This document shows positions 59,288-64,000 of a stretch of DNA of 64,000 nucleotides, in pieces (positions within the stretch are counted from its first letter, which is position 1; every line of letters begins with the position of its first letter). Position numbers and translations under genes: made by a program. The stretch covers positions 3,058 to 67,057 of the forward strand of contig JALRHZ010000003.1 of assembly GCA_023259435.1 (NCBI GenBank), read 5' to 3'. This DNA comes from Paracoccaceae bacterium. GTDB taxonomy: Bacteria; Pseudomonadota; Alphaproteobacteria; Rhodobacterales; Rhodobacteraceae. Below the pieces are notes generated by a model that ran no database searches, was not told the DNA's origin, and worked only from the letters and a program-made list of their open reading frames with translations.

Positions 59288-59649
59288 ATACGCCGCTCTG
59301 CATAATGTTCCACCATCGCCGCCAGATCATCTGGCGGCGTCGCAGATTGCACAAATGCACATGCGTTTGAGCACAATTGAAAAATTGATCCGTCCGAGAA
59401 AAACCGCGTGTTTGTGACGAAAATAACCTGTGTCTCGGGCCAACGGTAATTTACAAAGTCCGACACACCAATCGCGCCCCCATCGTGCAATACAAGATCG
59501 ACCACAATCACATCAAACCGACGTTCCCGCAGGATTTCAATTGCACAAGATTGAGATTGTACACATGACACTTGGGCACCACCCCGTTCCAATGCGCGGG
59601 TCCAAAGTCCACCCAAATTTGGGTTTTCCTCAACGATCAATACGTCCAT
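59284..59649 (-). CDS. single-domain response-regulator receiver protein (atypical)
   Basis: CheY-like layout: VLIVEEN, phospho-acceptor context DVIVVDLVL, and IFVT. The conserved Lys appears to be absent (eye alignment). No output domain. Confidence 0.7.
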   Translation of the reverse strand: MDVLIVEENPNLGGLWTRALERGGAQVSCVQSQSCAIEILRERRFDVIVVDLVLHDGGAIGVSDFVNYRWPETQVIFVTNTRFFSDGSIFQLCSNACAFVQSATPPDDLAAMVEHYAERRI

Positions 59650-59797
59650 TTCAACAAGCCACCTCTACTCTTTTAATAAAATACGGTTCAATTGGTAAAC
59701 CAATCGTTAACAATTGTAGGTCCCAGACAACTGACCTTGCGCAAACCTATATTTTACGGTTCAAACACAGCAGAGCGAGTCACGCGCACAATGGCAC

Positions 59798-60766
59798 ATG
59801 AGGGTCCGAGACATGAAACCGCCTTTAAAACGCGATCACGGCGGAAATATTGATGACGCATGTGCGAAATTCGGCGGTACGCGGTCAGATTGGATTGATC
59901 TGTCTACCGGCATCAATCCGGTTCCCTATCCTGTGCCAACTGTGTCATCCGATGCTTGGTCTAACCTACCCGATGCCTCTGCCACGCAAGCCCTAATCAC
60001 GGCCGCGCGTGCGTTTTGGGATATCTCGACCGACTGGGACGTCTTACCAACCGCAGGCGCATCTGCGATCATTTCAGCCTTGCCCAAAACAATCTCGGGC
60101 ACACGGGTCGCAATTCCCCAACCAACATACAACGAACACCAAGCTGCTTTTGAAACACATGGCTGGACGGTTTCGGAAACAGCACCCGATGTTCAGGTTT
60201 TGGTGCACCCGAATAATCCCACAGGCCAAGTCTGGAGCATGTCCGATCGTCTTGCACCGCTAAGCATCATCGACGAAAGCTTTGCCGATGTGGACCCCAA
60301 CCTAAGCTTTGTTCCCCACTCTTCCCCCCAAAACACCTTTATTCTGAAAAGTTTCGGAAAATTCTGGGGGCTTGCAGGAGTGCGTCTTGGGTTTGCGATC
60401 GGCTCGCCCGAGTTGATCCAACGTCTTAGGGCGCATATTGGTCCATGGAATGCCTCAGGTCCGGCAATCGAAATCGGAACCGCGGCCTTACAAGACATCA
60501 CATGGGCCCAACAGACCCGCAAACGCCTTGACCAAGATGCTGCGCGCTTGGATGATCTGGTGCTATCACTCTTGCCAGTAAAATTTGCCGGAGGCTGTTC
60601 ACTATTCCGGCTGTATTCTGTTGAGAATGCCCAAGCCATCCAAGAAGCCTTGGCCCAACACCATATCTGGAGCCGCGTTTTTCCGTACTCGACAAATTAC
60701 ATACGACTAGGACTGCCTCATCCAAACCAATGGTCCAGACTGGAAAGCGCGTTGCGACATGGTTGA
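59798..60766 (+). CDS. cobD: threonine-phosphate decarboxylase (cobalamin biosynthesis; aminotransferase class I/II fold)
   Basis: N-terminal HGGN motif, NPNNPTG, and PLP-Lys context SFGKFWGLAG.R.G. Overlaps cbiB by 8 nt. An alternative start is at 59813. Confidence 0.8.
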   Translation: MRVRDMKPPLKRDHGGNIDDACAKFGGTRSDWIDLSTGINPVPYPVPTVSSDAWSNLPDASATQALITAARAFWDISTDWDVLPTAGASAIISALPKTISGTRVAIPQPTYNEHQAAFETHGWTVSETAPDVQVLVHPNNPTGQVWSMSDRLAPLSIIDESFADVDPNLSFVPHSSPQNTFILKSFGKFWGLAGVRLGFAIGSPELIQRLRAHIGPWNASGPAIEIGTAALQDITWAQQTRKRLDQDAARLDDLVLSLLPVKFAGGCSLFRLYSVENAQAIQEALAQHHIWSRVFPYSTNYIRLGLPHPNQWSRLESALRHG

Positions 60767-61667
60767 GATCTTGGTCATTGCGCTTATCCTGGATGCTATT
60801 TTGGGCGAACCCGACTGGCTATGGACGCGCGTGCCACACCCAGCGGTTCTTATGGGGCGTTTGGTCGGCGCGTTGGAACGCCACATGAATACGGGAACGC
60901 AGCGCGCCAAAAAACGAAAAGGCCTATGTGCATTGCTCATAATGATTGGGGTTGGGATAACTGTGGGGTTGGGACTATCCCTAATGGGAAGCGTGATAGA
61001 AACGATCTTGGTTGCAATCCTATTGGCCCAGAAATCACTGGTCTCACACGTCCAAGCCGTAGCAACGGGCCTGTCGCATAGCCTAGACCAAGGTCGCTTT
61101 GCGTTATCCATGATCGTTAGTCGAGATACAGCCCTGATGACCCAAAGCCAAGTCGCCCGATCGGCGATTGAATCAGGGGCGGAAAACCTGTCAGACGGTG
61201 TAATTGCGCCTGCGTTTTGGTACCTGCTCTTTGGGCTTCCAGGCATAATTACCTACAAAATCATCAATACGGCCGACAGTATGATTGGCTATAAAACGGA
61301 ACGCTACCTTGCCTTTGGATGGGCCGCAGCGCGATGTGATGACCTTGTTAATCTAATCCCCGCACGCCTGACCGCTGCGCTTATAATCCTGACCAATGCC
61401 CTCTGGTCAGACCTGCACTCAATTCGCGCCGAGGCAAACAACCACAAATCACCCAACGCGGGATGGCCCGAGGCCGCAATGGCCCGCGCCATAGGCATTT
61501 CCCTTGCAGGCCCACGAAGCTATGATGGCCATCAGCAACACTTTCCATGGATCCACCCAAATGGCCGTAAACGACCAGACGCGCATGATATAAATCGCGC
61601 TTGCGATGTCCTTTGGCAGGCTTGGAGCCTCTTTCTGTTCGGCACAGTTTTGCTTGCAATGACATAA
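60759..61667 (+). CDS. cbiB: adenosylcobinamide-phosphate synthase
   Basis: CobD/CbiB membrane protein: D...GEPDWLW..VPHP..LMG and ...SPNAGWPEAAMA...G..L.GP..Y. Confidence 0.9.
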   Translation: MVEILVIALILDAILGEPDWLWTRVPHPAVLMGRLVGALERHMNTGTQRAKKRKGLCALLIMIGVGITVGLGLSLMGSVIETILVAILLAQKSLVSHVQAVATGLSHSLDQGRFALSMIVSRDTALMTQSQVARSAIESGAENLSDGVIAPAFWYLLFGLPGIITYKIINTADSMIGYKTERYLAFGWAAARCDDLVNLIPARLTAALIILTNALWSDLHSIRAEANNHKSPNAGWPEAAMARAIGISLAGPRSYDGHQQHFPWIHPNGRKRPDAHDINRACDVLWQAWSLFLFGTVLLAMT

Positions 61668-61724
61668 CCCTTCCCAGCACATGGGCGCACTGTTACTCTT
61701 TCCCAAAACGCAAGGGGACACGGT

Positions 61725-62894
61725 ATGAAGTCACTTATTTTAGCAAGTTTTATCTCACTTGGCCTCGCCTCATCTGGCATGGCACAATGCGGCGGATCCT
61801 TTTCAGGCTTTGTCTCGGCTTTGAAACAAGAGGCCCGCTCAAAGGGCTATTCCTCTGCCACCGTAGATAGATTTTTCCAAGGGGTCGCCCAAGATCCCAA
61901 AGTCATCAAGGCCGATCGTTCCCAAGGTGTGTTTCAACTCCCCTTCCTTGAATTTTCGCAACGCCTGATCAGCCAGAATAGGATTGACCACGGCGCCAAA
62001 AACGCACGTAAGTACGATCAAGTATTCGACCAAATTGAACGCACGTATGGGGTGTCACGCGGTGTATTACTGGCCTTTTGGGCGTTCGAAACCGACTATG
62101 GCGCCTTCCAAGGGGATTTCAACACACGCAACGCCCTTGTCACCTTGGCCCATGACTGCAGAAGACCCGAGCTGTTCCGGCCACAGGTTTTTGCGGCCCT
62201 AGAACTATACAGACAGGGCAACTTCAACCCTCAAACCACCACAGGCGCATGGGCTGGCGAAATCGGCATGGTACAAATGCTGCCAGGGGATATTTTGGAA
62301 AACGGTGTGGACGGAGATGGTGACGGCAAGGTCTCGCTAAAAACGTCACCGGCCGATGCTCTCATGTCAGCAGGAAAAATGCTATCCCATCTTGGATGGC
62401 GCAAAAATCAGCCGTGGTTGGTCGAAGTCACCCTCCCAGATACTCTGGACTGGTCCAAAACTGGACTAGAGACCAGCTTATCAACGGCTCAATGGGAAAA
62501 AATGGGCGTCCGCGCGCGTTCGGGATCCCTTCCGACATCCAATGCAACATCCGTTTTATTGCCCCAAGGGCGCAACGGTCCGGCTTTTATCGCCTATCCA
62601 AATTTCAGTGTTTTCTTTGAATGGAACAAAAGCTTTGTCTACGTGTCAACAGCCGCCTATTTCTCCACCCGCCTCGAAGGCGCACAGCGATATAATGCTG
62701 GTAACCCAGAACCGGGTCTCACAGGCCAACAGATGAAATCACTGCAAACCAAATTGACGAAACTCGGCTACGACGTCGGAAACATCGATGGCATCTTGGG
62801 CGCAAAAACACGCGCAGCAGTGCAAGACGTACAAAAACGCCTAGGGCTCCCTGCAGATGCTTGGCCGACACCAAATCTGCTTGCTCGGCTCTAA
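61725..62894 (+). CDS. lytic murein transglycosylase (MltB-like) with C-terminal peptidoglycan-binding domain
   Basis: Signal peptide, SLT_2-type core (WA.ETDYG, GEIGMVQMLPG), and a C-terminal PG_binding_1 repeat (L..LGYDVG.IDGI.G..TR.AV...Q). Confidence 0.85.
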   Translation: MKSLILASFISLGLASSGMAQCGGSFSGFVSALKQEARSKGYSSATVDRFFQGVAQDPKVIKADRSQGVFQLPFLEFSQRLISQNRIDHGAKNARKYDQVFDQIERTYGVSRGVLLAFWAFETDYGAFQGDFNTRNALVTLAHDCRRPELFRPQVFAALELYRQGNFNPQTTTGAWAGEIGMVQMLPGDILENGVDGDGDGKVSLKTSPADALMSAGKMLSHLGWRKNQPWLVEVTLPDTLDWSKTGLETSLSTAQWEKMGVRARSGSLPTSNATSVLLPQGRNGPAFIAYPNFSVFFEWNKSFVYVSTAAYFSTRLEGAQRYNAGNPEPGLTGQQMKSLQTKLTKLGYDVGNIDGILGAKTRAAVQDVQKRLGLPADAWPTPNLLARL

Positions 62895-62926
62895 CATTTT
62901 TTGTCCAAAAATATCTTGCGGGGGGT

Positions 62927-62949
62927 CTGGGGGGCGCAAAGCCCCCCAG
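62927..62949. terminator. GC-rich hairpin in the convergent gap (mltB-like / gabD)
   Basis: Perfect 9-bp stem CTGGGGGGC/GCCCCCCAG with a GCAAA loop. There is no immediate U-tract on either strand. Confidence 0.45.
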
Positions 62950-62958
62950 CTTGATGTA

Positions 62959-64000
62959 TCACACCGACATACAGACGTATTTCATCTCAAGGAATTCCTC
63001 GATACCGTGGTGGCTGCCTTCTCGGCCAAGGCCTGATTGTTTCACCCCACCAAAAGGCGCAACTTCGGTCGAGATGATACCCGTGTTTACCCCAACAATT
63101 CCGTATTCAAGCGCTTCGGCGACCTTATAAACGCGGCTCAGGTCTTTGGCATAGAAATAGCTTGCAAGACCGAAAATCGTGTCATTCGCCATCTCAATAA
63201 CATCATCTTCAGTTTCGAATTTAAACAAAGGCGCAAGTGGGCCAAAGGTCTCTTCTGTTGCAACAGCCATCTCTTGGGTCACGCCTGTGACGATGGTCGG
63301 TGGCAAGAAATTCCCCTGCCCCTGATATCCCTCGTCCCCAAAGATCACGGTACCGCCTTTGGATTTGGCATCTGCGATGTGGGTCTGCACCTTCTCAATG
63401 GCTTTGGGCGTGATCAATGGGCCAAGCGTTGTGCCGTCTTCAAGACCATCTCCAACTTTCAGATTGGCCACCGCTGCCGCAAACTTCTCTGCAAATGCGT
63501 CGTAAACACCGGCCTGCACATAAATCCGATTGGCACAGACACAGGTTTGACCGTTGTTGCGGAATTTGCACATAATCGCCCCTTCGACAGCGGCATCAAG
63601 ATCTGCGTCATCAAACACGATAAACGGTGCATTGCCACCCAATTCCATTGAGCACTTCATCACCTGATCAGAGGCTTGGCGTAACAACGTCCGTCCGACC
63701 TGCGTCGAGCCGGTAAATGTCAATTTTCGGACGATGGGATTTTCGCAAAACTCCTTGCCAATTTCCGAGGCCTCAGTCGAGGGCAGGATCGACAAAACCC
63801 CCTTGGGAATGCCCGCACGATCGGCCAACACCCCCAAGACCAATGCCGACAAAGGTGTCTCGGACGCAGGGCGCGCCACAAACGCACAGCCAGCGGCCAA
63901 TGCAGGTCCGGCCTTACGTGTGATCATCGCATTCGGGAAATTCCATGGTGTGATAGAGGCTGCAACACCAATGGGCTGCTTCATCACTGTGATCCGTTTA
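62959..64000 (-). CDS. gabD: NAD(P)-dependent succinate-semialdehyde dehydrogenase, C-terminal part (N-terminus beyond window)
   Basis: Closely parallels GabD: KQPIGV.A.ITPWNFP, ELGGNAP, catalytic GQTCVCANR. The frame stays open to position 64000. Confidence 0.9.
   Translation of the reverse strand, partial: KRITVMKQPIGVAASITPWNFPNAMITRKAGPALAAGCAFVARPASETPLSALVLGVLADRAGIPKGVLSILPSTEASEIGKEFCENPIVRKLTFTGSTQVGRTLLRQASDQVMKCSMELGGNAPFIVFDDADLDAAVEGAIMCKFRNNGQTCVCANRIYVQAGVYDAFAEKFAAAVANLKVGDGLEDGTTLGPLITPKAIEKVQTHIADAKSKGGTVIFGDEGYQGQGNFLPPTIVTGVTQEMAVATEETFGPLAPLFKFETEDDVIEMANDTIFGLASYFYAKDLSRVYKVAEALEYGIVGVNTGIISTEVAPFGGVKQSGLGREGSHHGIEEFLEMKYVCMSV

Noticed and set aside
59650-59797. Cobalamin riboswitch upstream of cobD-cbiB
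   Set aside because: I looked for the B12-box and the conserved GCCACTG-type core and found neither. The spacer is short and AT-rich. A cmscan would be the decisive check.

Overview
This is a densely coding chromosomal segment with about 67 CDS, short intergenic gaps and many 1-4 nt start/stop overlaps. It reads like core genome of an alphaproteobacterium, probably Rhodobacterales-like. That placement is an inference from gene content plus three alphaproteobacterial regulatory motifs seen directly: a perfect Irr iron-control element, a GAAC-N7-GAAC LexA box, and a GANTC (CcrM site) cluster.

Recognisable content, left to right:
- prs (truncated), glnK-amtB, a class A PBP, mlaA-mlaC
- a PrtD/HlyD type I secretion pair
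- ridA-GDPD-DUF482-phhB, a peroxiredoxin, rsmD, map, sfsA
- fadH with a LysR regulator, accD-folC, zapE, sthA
- glutathione-dependent formaldehyde/GSNO genes (frmB, adhC) with cytochrome c-prime
- mbfA, a solitary imuB, an M16 peptidase pair with lspA, purH, rsmB
- a def / def-like / fmt operon, cobD-cbiB, a lytic transglycosylase, gabD (truncated)

I recognised no rRNA, tRNA, CRISPR array, transposase, integrase or phage gene, and no clear-cut novel multi-gene system. The best leads are:
- a def paralog that has lost its catalytic Cys and Glu but stays translationally coupled inside the def-fmt operon
- an SOS-boxed imuB without imuA or dnaE2
- an XRE-HTH protein with an unknown C-terminal domain in an AT-rich pocket with a palindromic operator
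- a translationally coupled DMT-HAD-OCD-hydrolase cassette
- a conserved-looking pair of unknown proteins
- a GANTC-dense promoter plus long structured leader ahead of a LysM protein

All product calls come from motif recognition by eye. No database search was run.
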